Assembly: GCF_036321535.1 (NCBI RefSeq) | Contig: NC_087436.1 | Span: 23,748,001 to 23,812,000, forward strand | Source: Camelus dromedarius | Taxonomy: Eukaryota | Direction: 5' to 3' | Length of the DNA: 64,000 nt | Shown: positions 38,131 to 52,344 of the stretch, piece after piece | Layout: every line of letters begins with the position of its first letter | How positions within the stretch are numbered: the stretch's first letter is position 1 | Notes under the pieces: generated by a model | What the model was told of the DNA's origin: nothing | Databases searched by the model: none | The model's input: only the letters and a program-made list of their open reading frames with translations | Made by a program: the position numbers and the translations under genes

Positions 38131-38724
38131 GTTTCCTGGGAGTATGAAGAGGTAAAGTCTGAGTAGAGGATGGAGATGGCTGAAGAAAAGTCTTTAGAAA
38201 CAGATTACACACTAGAACTTTGCTCTAATTCAGTCCACATTGAAGGCCACTTTCTAATGTACTTTGGGGAGTTCCATTCAGAATCCCGAGATGGCGCCTC
38301 CTTGCATCCAATTCTGCACAGTAGTTAACAGTGTCATGAAGAACTTCCAGGGTATTAATAATGAGCTAATACACCTATGAATGTTAAATGTCTTGGAAGC
38401 AGCTTCCTGATGAGCAAATAGCAGATGTGGCAATGGTCGTGGTCTAATTGCCCGAGAGGCAGTTAAATATAGTTTTTAGTCCTTTTCTAAGCAGTTCTTT
38501 GAAAGCCGAAATATTTTTCCTCAAGGCCCATCCGTTGTTCTTAGCCGCCAAATGAAGTGTAGCGCAGAGTAGCAGGCACGCTTGGGAGTGTTTCCTTCCT
38601 AGACATCTAATTTATCTTCGTAAATTGTTGGGTTTTCTACGTATGTTTTTGTTTTGTCTACTTCCATGTTGGACTTTTTGGTGTAGAGCAGTAGCTTATA
38701 TTGTCCTGCAAATTCTAATTAAAA

Positions 38725-38950
38725 ATAATACTAGTTACCTTGTATTAAGATCTTCTCTGTGTCCAGCACCATATTGAATGCTTTCTTTGTATCATCACAC
38801 GAATTGTCACAATAATCCAGTGATGAAGGTACCATTATTATCATTGTTTTCCACTTGAAAAAACTGAGACTTAGAGGGGTTAACTTGCTCCACGATCATC
38901 TCAGGTAGCTGGATTCTGGATGGCAGGAATACCAAAGCCCAAACACTTAC
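38725..38950 (-). mobile_element. MIR SINE
   Basis: GGTACCATTATTATC...AAACTGAGACTTAGAGGGGTTAACTTGC. Confidence 0.75.
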
Positions 38951-41559
38951 CACTCTCCTCTAATGTTCTTTAAATTCTGTAAATTAAAATCAGCCCTACC
39001 TTCTGCTAGGGGCTGGGAAATGTTCTGCAAGGCGTGTGTTGAACTGCTCTCAGGTTAGTTCTTTCATTAAATAGGACTGAGTCCAATCTGGTATGTTAGG
39101 AAACTGTCATTTTCACGCCAGTATTGGTGTTTCACTGAGCAGGACCTTCCCTGGGTGCTTGACAGCCGACCTGTGTGTGTAGGTTCTCTGCCGCGGACAG
39201 GTTTCCTCCCTGGAGATCTGGGGACAGCCTTCGTAGAACACTGAGACCTGGGAACTGGGCGCTGGATACCTCTCATGTCCATTTAGCAAACGGCACTTAA
39301 CTACCTTGAGAATAAGAAGGAAAATGCTGTTTAAATAGCAGTTTAGAGCTAGAGCAGGGACCAGGAAGGAAGAAAATTTACCAGAGATGTTAAGAAAATC
39401 TCTGTTGCAAATGAAAAATTGACACAGTACAATGCTCATGTCTCCTGTATGTGTATTTTCAGAGTGATTCTTTTATGTAACAGAGACGCTGACATCAATG
39501 ACTATTTTAAAACAAAAGTCAGAGAGGTTCTGCCATGTGGAGAGTATTCCTCTATATTTAGAAGAAAACTTTGTGTTTTTACTGTCAGGATATGAGCTTA
39601 ATTATAGCATGTTGCAAACTCTGCCTTTGTAAAGGTTGTGAGTGTGCACGTGTGTGTGTCTGGAGAAGTTCAGGTGCTATTTTTGTCTTCCTTTTGAAGC
39701 ATCAGTAGGAGTGGATGTAAGGTAGTTTAAGAAGTCTATTTTTTGACCCTCAGTGAATTGATAAGCTCCCTGAAGGCAGGAAGAGTGTTTTATTCCTCTG
39801 CTTTAGCTCTTACCATACTACTTAATAATATTTATTTACTTGAATAAAACGAGGGGTGTCAACTAGGCTATTTGGAAGGCTTTCATTTTGATTTTTACTC
39901 AAGTAATGCACTAATTATTCTACTGGAAATAATTTTTTTTTCCAGCATAGGTACTTACATTTTTTAAAAATCTGTAATTATTCATCATATTATCCCCAGA
40001 ATTAGCAGTTATGTGTTTGGTATAGTTATTTTTTGACTATGCAGGGATTACCTTTATGTGTTTGTACATACTTACATGTTTAGCACTAAAACAATTATTG
40101 CATTGAGATTATTCACATTGTCAGACTCATTACACAGACTGAAAAGCACTTGATTCTAGCCATTCGTCCTTCATATCAACCATGAAAATTTGCTCAAACC
40201 CACTTTCTTTGAGTCTGAAAAAAATAAACCTGGGTGGTTTGTCTAGGTAATTAATAATCCTACCTTACCTTTAAAAAACCACCTTGTAGTATAAATCTGA
40301 GGCATATATTATCTTTAGCTTCTGAATGTATGATTTTGCCACACTTTGCATATAGAAAGTTTTCACTATTGTGTATATTGAATGATTAGTCCAAAAGACA
40401 TAAAGATGGAACCAGGAAAGATGAAACCATTTACAAGCTCACTTTTGGCGGGGCAGACTGTTCACAAGGTTTTACTGATATTTTCCATTCTGATTCTACC
40501 ATCACACCATTTGGGAAAGCTTAACATTTTCTCATTAGAAGATGTCTGGTGCTAAAATAGAATGTAGTTAATCAGGACTGAGGTGATGTGCAGTGCATAC
40601 ACTTATTAAGGAACAATCCACTGGCTCCTTATTGTGGCTGTTAGTTCCCAGGAAACACCTCCCTCCCCCCCTTTTTTGTTTGTTTCATACAGTGGCTTAT
40701 TAGGAACCACTGCCTGGTTAAATGCTTTAGTAGGATGTACAAGAGCAGGTTGATGAAACTGTGCTGGTAAAACCATGATCTGAAGGAACTGATAGATTTC
40801 AACAATTTAAATAAAATTATGACTTAGTTTTATTAAATGTAGGGACAAATCTGCCTCGTACAAACATTTACTAAATATCTATCTGGTATCGGGCTATTTA
40901 AACTCGGTAAAACAAAGTTGGTGAAGCTAGTTTAAAGTTATCGTGACGATCTGTTAACATTTAAATATCTCCATGCAGTTAAAACTTTGACTTTTATCTG
41001 AGTGTTGTGGAATATGCTGTTTTTCTGTGGTTCAGTTTTAGAATTAAGGATAAATGTTTGGCTATTTAAAAAAAAGAACCATCATCAATCCATAATAACA
41101 AGTATGAACCTTCAGGGCTTAAGGATACATCTTTCAAAAAGTCTTTCTTTACAAGGTTTTAGACAAAGTCTCATCAGTGTATTGCTGGAGATCATTTAAA
41201 CATCTGAATTCATCAGAAGCAAGTAAAATGATCATTCAAATAATCTGCAGAAATAGGAAGAGTCCTATCTTAAAAAAAAATCTGGAATTCGCCATTCTTC
41301 CAAGGAGTCCTTTTTCATCTTGGTGTAAAGTAGTTTTTGGACCACGAACTGGGCCCGAGGGGTGCTCATTGCTACAAGATTGTCATTGCTCTTAGGCTTT
41401 TTGGTTGACAAAGCTAGGAAATATGTGTGTGTCTTAAGAAAAACTGTCATGGATTTAGACTGATATTTTAAATTCAAATTTAACTTTAAATGATTTGTAC
41501 TTAACCTTTTAAAAAATTATTTTGATCAATTCAGGGTTTGATAGGCAAGTATTTATTTA

Positions 41560-41795
41560 AGATGTTTTTTATTGAGGTGTAATTGACAGACAACATTATA
41601 TAGCTTTCAGGTGTACAGCATCATGATTTGCTATTTGTATATATTGCAAACCGATCTCCACAGTAAGTCTAGTTCACATCCGTTGCCACACATTACAGAA
41701 TTTCTTTTTCTCGTGATGAGTACTTTTAAGATTTACTCTCTTAGCAGCTTTCAGATATGCAGTAGAGTGTTATTAACTGTAGTCACCATGCTGTG
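41560..41795 (-). mobile_element. L1MA9-like 3' end
   Basis: TTTTATTGAGGTGTAATTGAC...TTTAAGATTTACTCTCTTAGCAGCTTTCAG...GTCACCATGCTGT. Confidence 0.85.
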
Positions 41796-44700
41796 CCCTA
41801 TAGGAAGAGTTACTTGCCTTGGGATAATTCAGTCTTAATTGAGAAACTAAAATTTAAAAAGCAGAGAAGCTTCTCTCTCCTTAATTGGCCAAGTAAATAA
41901 GAAGGAAAAAGGGAAGCCTGGGAGAGTGAAACTGCTCAGAGCCAACCGCAAGTCAGAACTTCCTAGCAATTGCTTTCACCCTTTCCTAGGGCTTGGGGGT
42001 GAGGGACTCCTCCTTTTTTAAACTTTTGCCGTTGGGCTGCAACCTAACCTTCTAGTAACATGTTGTATTTCAGACTTTCTGTAGTGAGTAACCAACAGAT
42101 TGCGGATAATCCACAGAAGGGAGCTATTTAGCATATAAAATCTGCTACTGCAAGATACCCATTGTACGTATTCTAAACAAGAGTATCACATACATTCAGT
42201 GTAGGTATTAAATCCAGCTCCACACACATCCACGCTTGGTCCTGATTCTTTCTATTTGCATTTTAACCAGAATGCTACTCTACATAATCAGTTGGCTCCA
42301 GAGCTGGTCATACCCTGGAATTCCAGGGTTGCTGCAATGAGCTTATCCCCTTAAATAAACCCTAAGCATTCTCCTGCGCCCATCCCTCATAACCACCTTC
42401 CACCCCAGGGCTCAGATTACATTGGCTTCCTTTTCTTCTTCTCTAATGCTCAGCTTGTTTCTTCTCTACTTCTTTCCTCTATTTTCAAAGCATGGACACT
42501 TTACTTTTCTGGCCTCTGGCAATTTGTGACCTCTCTAGAGCCCTCCCCAGGCCCCATCAGTTGTGGATCCTCTTTATTCTTTTCCTGTCAGTCATGCCGG
42601 GCTTCTCCAGTATCTTCTTTTACCTTCATATGCTATGAAGATTATAAATTCTTTTTCTATAATAGAAGAAGCTTTCTACTCTTTGATGTTATATGATTGG
42701 AGGGGCAAGATGCTGTTCAAAACAACCCTATATTTTAAGTTTTTCCTTTTGGAAAAATCATTTTATGTAAATAAAGAATTCTTTTTTTATTTTTGTCAGC
42801 ACCCCATTTCACATGTATAAATAAAATAACATGTGATTTTATATTTTTGTTAAAAAATTGTATGTGTTTGTTGAAGAAAACGATCAAAATATAAACACAT
42901 TTATATAAACATTTTACCTTAGCAAAAATTTAATATCAATTGTTTTGAGTTATGATGGTTGTTATTCTAATACAGCAGAGTGAAAAAGGTTGCCCAGATT
43001 AACCTGTCAACCTGAAAATGCTTTGTCTCACCATGACTTCACAGATGCTTGCTTTATTTAGCTTTAAGGAATAAAATAACCAAGCCACGACTCAGTTTTG
43101 TAATGTAACTGCTCCAACGTGTGTTTCTAAGTAGTTTGCAGATATTATATGTATCTTTTTTACATGGAAGAACTGGAAACCTAAATTGTTTGTCATCAAT
43201 GTTAGGAATATATACCACAGGAGGCATACCTTGGTAAGAAAAAAATTCATGAAATTGTATCTTCTTGAAGGTTGATTTAAATCCTCTTTCTGATGAGTGA
43301 TTTAAGTAAGATACAACCTAAGACGGAGGGGGCCCAGGGGCCTCATGTCATGGTCATAGAGTGCTGGCTCTCAAATGAGATGTCTGGTTCATCTCTTCTG
43401 GTCAGTGTCCCACCCATACTGATCACAGAGAACTTACTTCCGTAATCCCACAGTGGTTCCAGACCACAACATGTCTGTAACCGGGCAGAGGATGGGAAGG
43501 AGAATGCTGCAACCCTGTGTTCGTCAGCCCATGGTGAAATGGGCGTGGACTCCTGAATCTGTCACTTGGCTACTAGACAGTGAAATGAAGTCCTCTGGGC
43601 TGCATCCCCCTTGATGTCATGCCTCTTTGTTTTGGTGTTAAAGGTTTCTAATGTGAAGTAAGAGAGGACTGATTAATTCATTCAATTGTGTGTTCCATAC
43701 TGAAATATGAGGGCACATTAGATCAAAGGTCCCAGAGGCTGACCATGTCTCATTTTGTCTTGCTCAAGTGAGGTTTAGCATATATCTCAACTTTCTGTGC
43801 CTGCACACATGCACACAACACCTGCTTACACACATATGTGAGACATATCACACATGTGAGTGCACGTACCTTGTTGGTGTCTGGTCATTGCTGTCATTCT
43901 GTCTGCCTCCAGAATTCTCCCCCAACCCTGAAAAAAAAAAGACTCCAATACCACCACCAACAATGACGGCAAATTAGGATTATCCTAGCTTTGTGCACCA
44001 GAGGAAGGCTACAGCATGACATTTGGGGAGAAGACTTCTTAACAGACGTAATACAGGTACTGTTGAAAGTTTTATACCTAATTCACCGACCTACCTTTGT
44101 GTGTTGATGGCTCTGTTTCAGAAGCATACAGTGATAAATTCATAAGTCTGTGGATTTTTTTGCAGAATCTACAATACAGTAGGAAAACCAAAGATTAAAC
44201 ACATATAACAACTTAAACTAGAAAATCTTCCACCCTGGAAAGGATTTTCAAAGATAGTATAAATATAAGTTATTACCAATTTCTGTAATTTGGGCAGCCT
44301 ATGTTGCCAATAATGTACAGCTAAATCTAAAAATAGAAAACAAAATAAAAAAGCCAGCATGTCTTTATGAAAATGAAGAGTATTATGTCATCATAATGAA
44401 ACCCTAGACCAAATCTACGTAGTAGAGGTGGAGAACATTTTAATTTATGATTGTAATTGAACTAACACAAATGTGACATCCAACTCATTCATCAGCATCA
44501 CTCATGATCTATATTTAACATAGATTATGGGACAATATCATTAATAACAAACTCTGAGAATTGAGCCAACTCCTAAGTTATATAAGTAAATCTTAATGAA
44601 CAGCAGATCCCTGGTATTCTATGTCTGTGTCTCGGGACATGGCAGAAATGGAGACTGGGCTGTGCTGCGCCTGTTGAGTGAAGGGTGCTATGTGCCTGGC

Positions 44701-44904
44701 ATTGTGTTGAGTACATGTGAGGAGAGACATGTAACAGCGTGCAGGTGAAGGAATTTAGAGAACCAGTGTGCTGGGGGGATGCCAAGTGGGCCCCCAAGGA
44801 GGGAGCCACGTTTTTAGTTCATTCATGAGGCAGCTAACACAGATTTCAGGAGACAATTTGCTTTCTTTCTCAACCAGATTTCTTTGGCCAGGTCTGAAAT
44901 ACAC

Positions 44905-45095
44905 CACGTACTATTTGTTGAATGCCTTCCCTGTGCCAGGTGACTTACCTGTATTACGCCGCAGCAGTCCTCAGAATTGAGGAATTGCCAACCTTTCTAC
45001 AGGTGTGGAAAGGCTCAGAGCAGTTAAATATATTGCTTAAAGTCACATGGTAGGAAGTAAGGGAGTGTGGATTCCACGCATCCTTTACCCTAGAT
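44905..45095 (-). mobile_element. MIR SINE
   Basis: TATTTGTTGAATGCC...TGTGCCAGG...GGCTCAGAGCAGTTAAATA...AAGTCACATGG. Confidence 0.7.
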
Positions 45096-45117
45096 GCCCT
45101 AGCAAATCTTTAGATAT

Positions 45118-45457
45118 TGCTTTAGGCTGACTGTGACCCACCAAAATTCATATGTTGAAACCTGACCCCCAAGGGGATGGTATTAGATGGTGAGGACTTT
45201 GGGGTGATTAGGTCATGAGGGCAGAGCCCTCGTGAGTGGGATTTGTGCCCTTGTAAAGTGGCCGAGAAAGCCCCCTTCCCCTTCCACGATGTGGGGATTC
45301 GACAAGTGTGCAGCCTGGAAGAGGTCTCTCACCAGAGCACACTGGCACCCTGATATTAGACTTCTAGTCTCCAGGACAGTGACAAATAAATCTCTGTTGT
45401 TTATAAGCCACCCAGTCTATGGTGTTTTTGTTACAACAGCACAAAAAGACTAAGACA
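45118..45457 (+). mobile_element. MLT1A-like MaLR solo LTR
   Basis: CCAAAATTCATATGTTGAAACC...GATTAGGTCATGAGGGCAGAGCCCTC...TTTATAAGCCACCCAGTCTATGG...GACTAAGACA; TSD GATAT/TATAT. Confidence 0.9.
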
Positions 45458-45829
45458 TATATCGTGCTGATATGACATAGATTGAGTTGAATAAATGTGG
45501 AGAAAATAAGTTCGCTAAATACAAGTGAAGGTGGTTGCTGGCAAATTAAATGAAACAACAACAAGCAGTATTAGTGGTTGGGGCGGAGGAAGGGCAAGGA
45601 GGGGAAAGCATCAGGATGCACCTAAAAACCAATTTTCAGCAATGCAGAAGAGGTATGGCCGATTGGAAAAGGAGAGCACCAACAAATGATCTGGCATGAA
45701 GAAGTGCATTCAAATTCAAGGACCATGCAGAGGCTCTGTGCTGGTGCCTCATTCAGACATATCAGAGGTATCAAAGCCCTCAGGAAATGTATAGGCGAAT
45801 GGAGAAAAAAGACATCCAGCAGCGTATTA

Positions 45830-46340
45830 AGAGCTGTCATTAACGATGTTAACAGAGTGCTATGGAAGCACAGGAGAGAAGATAGGAGATTGTAACTGAG
45901 AGATTTGGGGAAGGATTGTTTGAGAATGGGGCCTTAAAAACAGACTGTGCTTTGGCTGGTGGTGATGGAGGCTGGGGTGGGGGTGAGAGTGTGTGAAAGG
46001 GCATTCCAGGCACTGAGATCCAGAGGAACTGACGGGAATACCAAGGGAGGCCTAGAGTCAGGGCTGTAAGCCAGACTGAGCCATCTTTGGAGAATGGGGG
46101 ATATGATGCCAAGAAGTTTGGACTTCACTTAACCGTAGGGAGCCATGGAAGACTTCTGAGCAACTTAATGACGTCTGGAGTTGTGCTTATATGATGATCA
46201 TTCTGATGCCTCTGTCAAGAGTGAAGAGAAATGAGAACACTGACATGGCTTTTGCATAGCAGTTTATATAAACGTTTGCTAAGGGAACCTCAATGAAGTC
46301 TATGGTAGTGGACAAGGAAGGAACACATACCAGAGACAGT
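45830..46340 (-). mobile_element. L2 fragment
   Basis: AGTGCTATGGAAGCACAGGAG...GGGCATTCCAGGCA...AAGAAGTTTGGACTT...GGGAGCCATGGAAG. Confidence 0.7.
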
Positions 46341-46696
46341 CCCTGAAGAGTGGCATCAGACAAAATGTGAAGAATGGAGAGTAGCAAAGAATCGGGGGTG
46401 TGGCTCTGGGTCTTCTTGAGTAAAGGTCTCCTGTGTTCCAGGAGGGAGAGGAGGGACGCTGTTCGTAGAATAGACTTAAATTAGGAGCCAGCCCTTCACA
46501 GTATGCAGTGTGGGAGGCATTATTGGTTACAGATCCTTCTTCTGTCACACACACCTCAAGGTTATAAAAGATGATTAGTGAAGTTGTGTCTGGGAAAGAC
46601 GATACCTGTACTACTGGTTATAGTAACTGGGTCTGTGTATATCCAGAAGAGGTTGTGTACTGGGTGGCACTGTGAATACCACTGGCCATCCATTCA

Positions 46697-46834
46697 AAAA
46701 TTATTTTTGTTTTTATTTATTTTGGGGGGAAGATAATTGGGCTTATTTATTTACTCTAATGGGGGGACTGGGGATCCGGGACCTCCTGGGCTAATGCTGA
46801 GTGGAGCACTCTACCACTGAACTGTACCCTCCCC
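46697..46834 (-). mobile_element. Camelid Vic-1-like SINE
   Basis: CTCTACCACTGAACTGTACCCTCCCC is the reverse of the SINE head; T-rich tail; perfect TSD CCATCCATTCA (46686-46696 / 46835-46845). Confidence 0.88.
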
Positions 46835-47339
46835 CCATCCATTCACGTTAGTCCCACTGTTTTAACTGCAATACATGTTTTGCACATCTTTGAAATATAT
46901 TCCTATATACCCAGATATATTACTTAATATAAATATGTTAAGTACATCTTTGATATATATATATATGAAATATATTGTATATATCTTTAAATCAACTTTA
47001 TCAAGGAAAAGATGGCCTCCCTTGTCTTGAATTAACTATTTTCGTTTTAACTTGGAGTTTTATCTCGATTCCTTGCATAACCCTTGAGGCAAAAGGAAAT
47101 TGTGCCATTATTTCCTAATGCAGCAGGCTATTAAAATACTTCACCCTCTCTCATAACCATCACAACCATCACCACTCCCACAACCATAGTGTATCTTATC
47201 ACCCAGGCACAATTATGATATGCAGTGTGCTAATGTAATATGAGCATATGCATTCGAGCATCTTTCTGTTTTCTGATTTTCCAGTCTAGAGATGGCTTGA
47301 ATAAGTCTGAGAAGCTGACTGACAGCAGACACAGGTTCT

Positions 47340-47470
47340 GGCCTTAGCTTCTCTCAAACTGGCTCTGTGACCTTGAGCAAGTCACTTTGTGACTTTGGAT
47401 CTGAGTCTCCTTTGTGGTAAATGGATGGAGTTGGACTAGGTGGTCCCTAGGGTCTCCCCCACCTGGAGGA
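47340..47470 (+). mobile_element. MIR3-like SINE
   Basis: GCTCTGTGACCTTGAGCAAGTCACTT...GAGTTGGACTAGGTGGTCCCTAGGGTC. Confidence 0.75.
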
Positions 47471-49699
47471 GACTGTGCTCCCGATGCCTGGGACTGAGCA
47501 TCCCTGCCCTGTCTCTTCCCACCTCTGTCTAGTACTAAGTGCCTACGCAACGTCTACAGACAGTTCAAAATGTTTGCTGTTATAGGTTCAGAATACGTCG
47601 TTGCCTGTATTTTAAAATCTCTTGGCCTCAGAGACTACGCATAGCCCTTGGCAACCAGACTCCATAGGGATGTAAGTGTGTCCATGCTGGCCCAGGAAGA
47701 CAGGGGGCGCAGTGTGTGTGGTATCAAAGAAGTGGTTTATTTAGCAGACGACCTCTAAATCAGGGTTTGTTTGGCCTCAGAATCTAGCAGGGATATTGAG
47801 TTGAAGTCTGTGCATCTTGATTTGTCTGGTTGGTGAAATTTTGAAGTCTGGGGAAATTGCATGAAGGCAGGAAAGGTAATGAAATTTATTGGGGCAGTCC
47901 TCCTAAATTCGCCAGCAGAAATCACATCTGTGTGCAGAGAAGCAAAGGAAAAAAAGAAACATTAGAAAGGGGCCAAGGAAGCTACAGGAGTGTCCGAAAT
48001 AAAGTTGAGTTCTACTGTTGTTGCCTTTGAGGTTAAGGAATAAAAATGTCCCTTGACATAGCAATGTCTAGATCAGACTTTTGCCATTAACCCTTAATTC
48101 ACTTTAAATTGCTGTTGATGTTAATGCTGTGATGTTTTGTTGTGATGGGTTCAATCTATGACTGAGGTTAAGAAGAAGATATTTAGTTATAGGAAGCAAG
48201 AGTGCAACAAGAATTACATTTCCAGGAGGGGCAACATTTGATGAAATTATTGCAGATTTTAATTCTGTACTGAAAGAAAGTATCTCTGCAAACCTTTTTA
48301 CTGAGTGTATTTTTCAGAAAATTGAGCTAGTTAGAAATAAAAGTTGGCAAATAGCATTGAAGACTTTCTTTCCTGTTCCCTTTGTCTAAAAACACAAATA
48401 AAAATAAACAAATGTTTTCTGATATATTTTTGGATGATAATGTGGTATAGTTGTTTGACACCTGGTAGAAACTTGACCCTCCCTTGCTTTCATAAATTAA
48501 CAGAATAGACTACTGGCTCCTGAATGCAGCCTCTTGGCTTTCACAAACAAGATAAGTTTCTAATGTTTTTGGTTCTCAAAAAACTCTACTGAAGCCATGA
48601 TTTCAACAAGACTTCCTTTCAGGGGGTCACTTTTTAAAAGCTGCTTAATCTTAGGAATACAGTATTGAGTGAGAAAAAAAAAATCAACTCCCTAAAGACT
48701 GTTTAAAGGATGTTATTCTTTTGATAAATTGCAAAAATAAGCCAAACTTCATAGGTAAATAGAGAAAAGAGACAAAGTACTTTCAAGTTTAGGGTATGTC
48801 TCTTCTTAAGGTAGAAGAAGCATATAGGTCAGTGGTAAAGGCCAACCTAAATGAAGAAACAGTTCCTTGAAGAAGATTTTTCAATAGGAAGTGAGGCCCT
48901 AACGATCTTCCAGTAGAGTCTTTAATCAGGTCATATCTGAAATCTAGGGTTCAACTCTAAGAACCTAAATGTCTATACAAAACAATTTATTGAATGAAAC
49001 TGGAGTTCTGTGACTCAATAGTTTGTTACCACAAATGCCCTAACTTCATTACTTAGTAAAGATAAAATTTAGTGTATTATTAATCACCTGCAACACATTG
49101 ATTATAAGGGATAGGAAAAAACTGAACAGTGTGTTTTTATGTCTACACACATGTAATAAAGCTGTTAACATAATAACGAAGAAAATGATTTTGAAAAGGC
49201 TGCTCAAGTGACGTTGTTGAGGGGGTGGGAGACATAAAGGAGAGGAGGTAGGAGCAAAGATATCTTGGAAAGTTTCTAAATGATTCCTTTAAAAAAAACA
49301 AGCTAGCTGAAGCCTTGAGAATCAGTGTTGGATAAAGGGAGCACCATTTTTGCTAAGAAAGGAACGACCCCAATATTGAACGTGATGGATTTGTGATTTT
49401 ATCAGGGAAGAGAGGGAGGACAGGGAATGGGGGTTGGGGGTCCATTAGCAAGATATTGCCGAAACTGCTTTTGCTGGGTGAATAGGAAGCTTCCTGACTA
49501 TTGTTTGTTGAATATATGTTTATTGCTTAAATCTATTTTGCGTACGTTATTTATTTATAACTTTAAAGATAATTTAATATGTAAAACCTCCTCTGCTGAG
49601 ATGTGGGTATTAATTTACAAGCATCATTTATTGCACTTATGGCTGATGGATTGTTATGAGTCAGATCTAATAAACTTGTAAGGATTCATAGAATATCGG

Positions 49700-50900
49700 T
49701 CTGAAAAACAAAATAAGTATCTGTGTGGTTGCCACGTAACTGCATCTGCCAGGAAGGCTGGATTACATGAGAAGACCGCTGGGCCCCATGTCTTGCTGAG
49801 GCTGGGGTAGGGGGGTGGTGCGGGTGATGGGCAGTAGGAAGAACAGTAAAATGGATGATTAATACCTTCTAATTGAATGGATATTGGCAGCAGTCTGTTG
49901 CCCAGGACATTAAGTGTCTGGCAAAACAGAGATCTCTTGCTAAACCTGGTTACACCCGCCTGGAAGCGCCTGGTCTGTAGATGGGGCCAGGTGACGCTAA
50001 GGAAACCGGAGCTTTGTTGAAACAAACCAGGCACGAGATTCAACAAGCAGAAAATTGCTGTAGGCCTCAGGGTTTATTTTCTCTCTGCGGATAAAGAATC
50101 CTGCCCTCCGTGGACATTACAAAGTGGTGTTAGGGCCAAGAGGTTTAGAAAAACGGCAGCGGCATCCCAGCAGATTTCTTTGATGCGGAGGAAAGTTTGC
50201 GCTGAGTTGAGTTTGGTGTTTTCCGCTTTGGACGCTGAGGTCCCGCTGAGGTCCCTTCTCTCCACACGCACTTAAGTGAGGGGTAGGGAGAGCCACGTGG
50301 TTCGTGTTTGTCTTTGGATGGACCTAGAAGTCGGAGAGCCCCCCTCCCCCAGCCTCAGCTTTCGGATGAGCAGAGAATGACATCAGTGCTGCAGCGAGGC
50401 TGAGAACCCAGGCCACCACTGGCTTTTTACATGTTAATCTGCATTTCCAGTTGTGACAGGATTTCCACATGCGTTTTCACACAGCCTCCCATTTCCTTTT
50501 TTGTTTTTCTCCATTCCCTCCTCCCTCAACACACACTCACCCTCACACATTCACACACGCTCTCTCTCTCTCCCCCTTTCTCTCTGTGGGATTCCCCCTC
50601 CCTGCGTTGCCGGCTCCTGGTTTTCACACAAAGCCCCCGGCTGACCTCGGGAAGTAGAAGGGGACACTGGGTTAAGAGCTGCCTGTTACTGTAATCATAT
50701 ATTAGACCTGAAGCTTGATTGGCCAAATTGGATTAAATAAATATTTAGCAGGCAGAAGCTGTCCTGCCCGGGAACATCAGAGGAGTGTGACAGACTCCTC
50801 GAGCAGCCCTGGCGTCAGGCCCCACAGTGCAGCCGCCACTGCTGGTTAACCCAGGTCTCGGCCATCCCGGGAAAAGACCCTTCTGCGGTTCTGTATCAGC
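49700..50900. promoter_or_regulatory. CpG-enriched, repeat-free candidate promoter or enhancer
   Basis: More CpGs than the flanks by eye; CCACGTGG E-box (CACGTG 50294-50299), GGGATTCCCC kB site (50588-50597), G4-type run (49804-49831), CA/CT tract at about 50528-50586. Confidence 0.5.
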
Positions 50901-52344
50901 GAAGGTACAGACAGATGTCAGCAAATTCTCATTTATAAGAAGGAAGGCTCATGTGTGTACAATGCACTCTGTGTTGATGTCTCTCCATCCTGCCCCCCAG
51001 CCACAAACACACAGTCCAGGGCCCCTTACTTTGCTCCTATTAGGAGGATGTTTGAGTGCATTTTAGTTAATCTCTGGAAGCAATTTACAGAATAAGGAAC
51101 AGTGACACATTCAGTTTACCTCAAAAGACAAAGAGGTTAACTCTAAGAAGGCTTATGGGCTGGGCCTGAGTGGAAAAAAGCCAACAAGGAAATCTCTAGG
51201 GGCAAACCATACCTTCTTAAGGGTCACCTGGTCCATCTGTCATCTGTCTTGTCTGTGTGTCTGTGTATGTATGTTTCTCTCTCAATTTTTCCTCCTTTCC
51301 TTCCTTCCTTCCTTTCTCCTCTTTCCTCCCTCCCTCCATTCCTTCCTCTCTTGACATCTCTGTTTCCTCATAGTAGTTTTTTTGCACCCTGGCTCCCTGC
51401 ACCCACTGGCCTCTCTCTGTGTCTCTGTCCTTTTTGTTCTGCCACCGTAGCTAACTGCCTCTTTCTCTGTGTTCCCGATACATTTCCCTGAGTCAGAAGC
51501 TGATGGATCAAGTTCGTCTTTTCAAGCCAGCCTGTGTCACACAGAGACCGCGGGCTTTCCTCGGACCAGGGACTCCCCCTGGTTCTATCAGCTATAATCA
51601 AAGGGAGATGGCCTCTTGCATAGATCTTGTAGAATTTGGTCATTTCGCTTAAAATGGAAATACGGGAGATCAACACTGCTGGTGAAAGTGTTTGAAACTA
51701 GATTAGGTCTTTGAGTATCATAGTGCCTTTTCCAATCATTTGTTACTCATGCAAACCTACTTTTAAAAGGACTTTGCGTAACATTTTTCTAGAAAAAGAA
51801 ATTACTGGTTGACTATACTTATTTGGAATTTGTGGTGATTTTGGCTTTTTTGGTTGATGTTTCCTTGGACTAGAAAAGACTTGCTTTAAAAACAGTGTCT
51901 GTTAGTATTGAAATAAATGATTTGCAGGGGGATGTTTAAAACTCTTAACAAGCTGCTTTGTAGCTCCGCTCAAGCACTTCAGAAGCACTCTTTATATATA
52001 AACAGTCAATATGCTAATTACAAATAAGCCTTATCTACTTATTAAAGCACTTAACTGACTCCAAGTCACTGTTAACTAAGCAACACTTTGTTAACCTTAG
52101 TTAGCTTGAGGTGTTGTGTAATCCTGAGATCAATGAAACTTCTTCTAAAGTATGTTATGATTTATTCTTCCTAAGCAATGACATTTCTCCATTTTCTGTC
52201 AGTCTGAATTAGAGGGAAATAACAAAAAATATCAAGATAACAAAAACGTCAAGACGAATAAGGAACTAATGTACAGCCAGCCCTCCATATCCACAAGTTC
52301 TATGTCTGGAGATTCAACGAACTGTGGAACAAATATATTAGAAA

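Noticed and set aside
47695..47714. CTCF-like CAGGGGGCGC
   Set aside because: The 5' half of the core (CCAS) is missing; weak match.
50233..50254. Short tandem duplications (CGCTGAGGTCC x2; also AGCTCTTTGAA x2 near 25475)
   Set aside because: Ordinary slippage duplications with no spacers; not a CRISPR-like array.
52071..52105. 10-bp stem-loop GTTAACTAAG...CTTAGTTAGC
   Set aside because: Short and AT-rich; within chance expectation.
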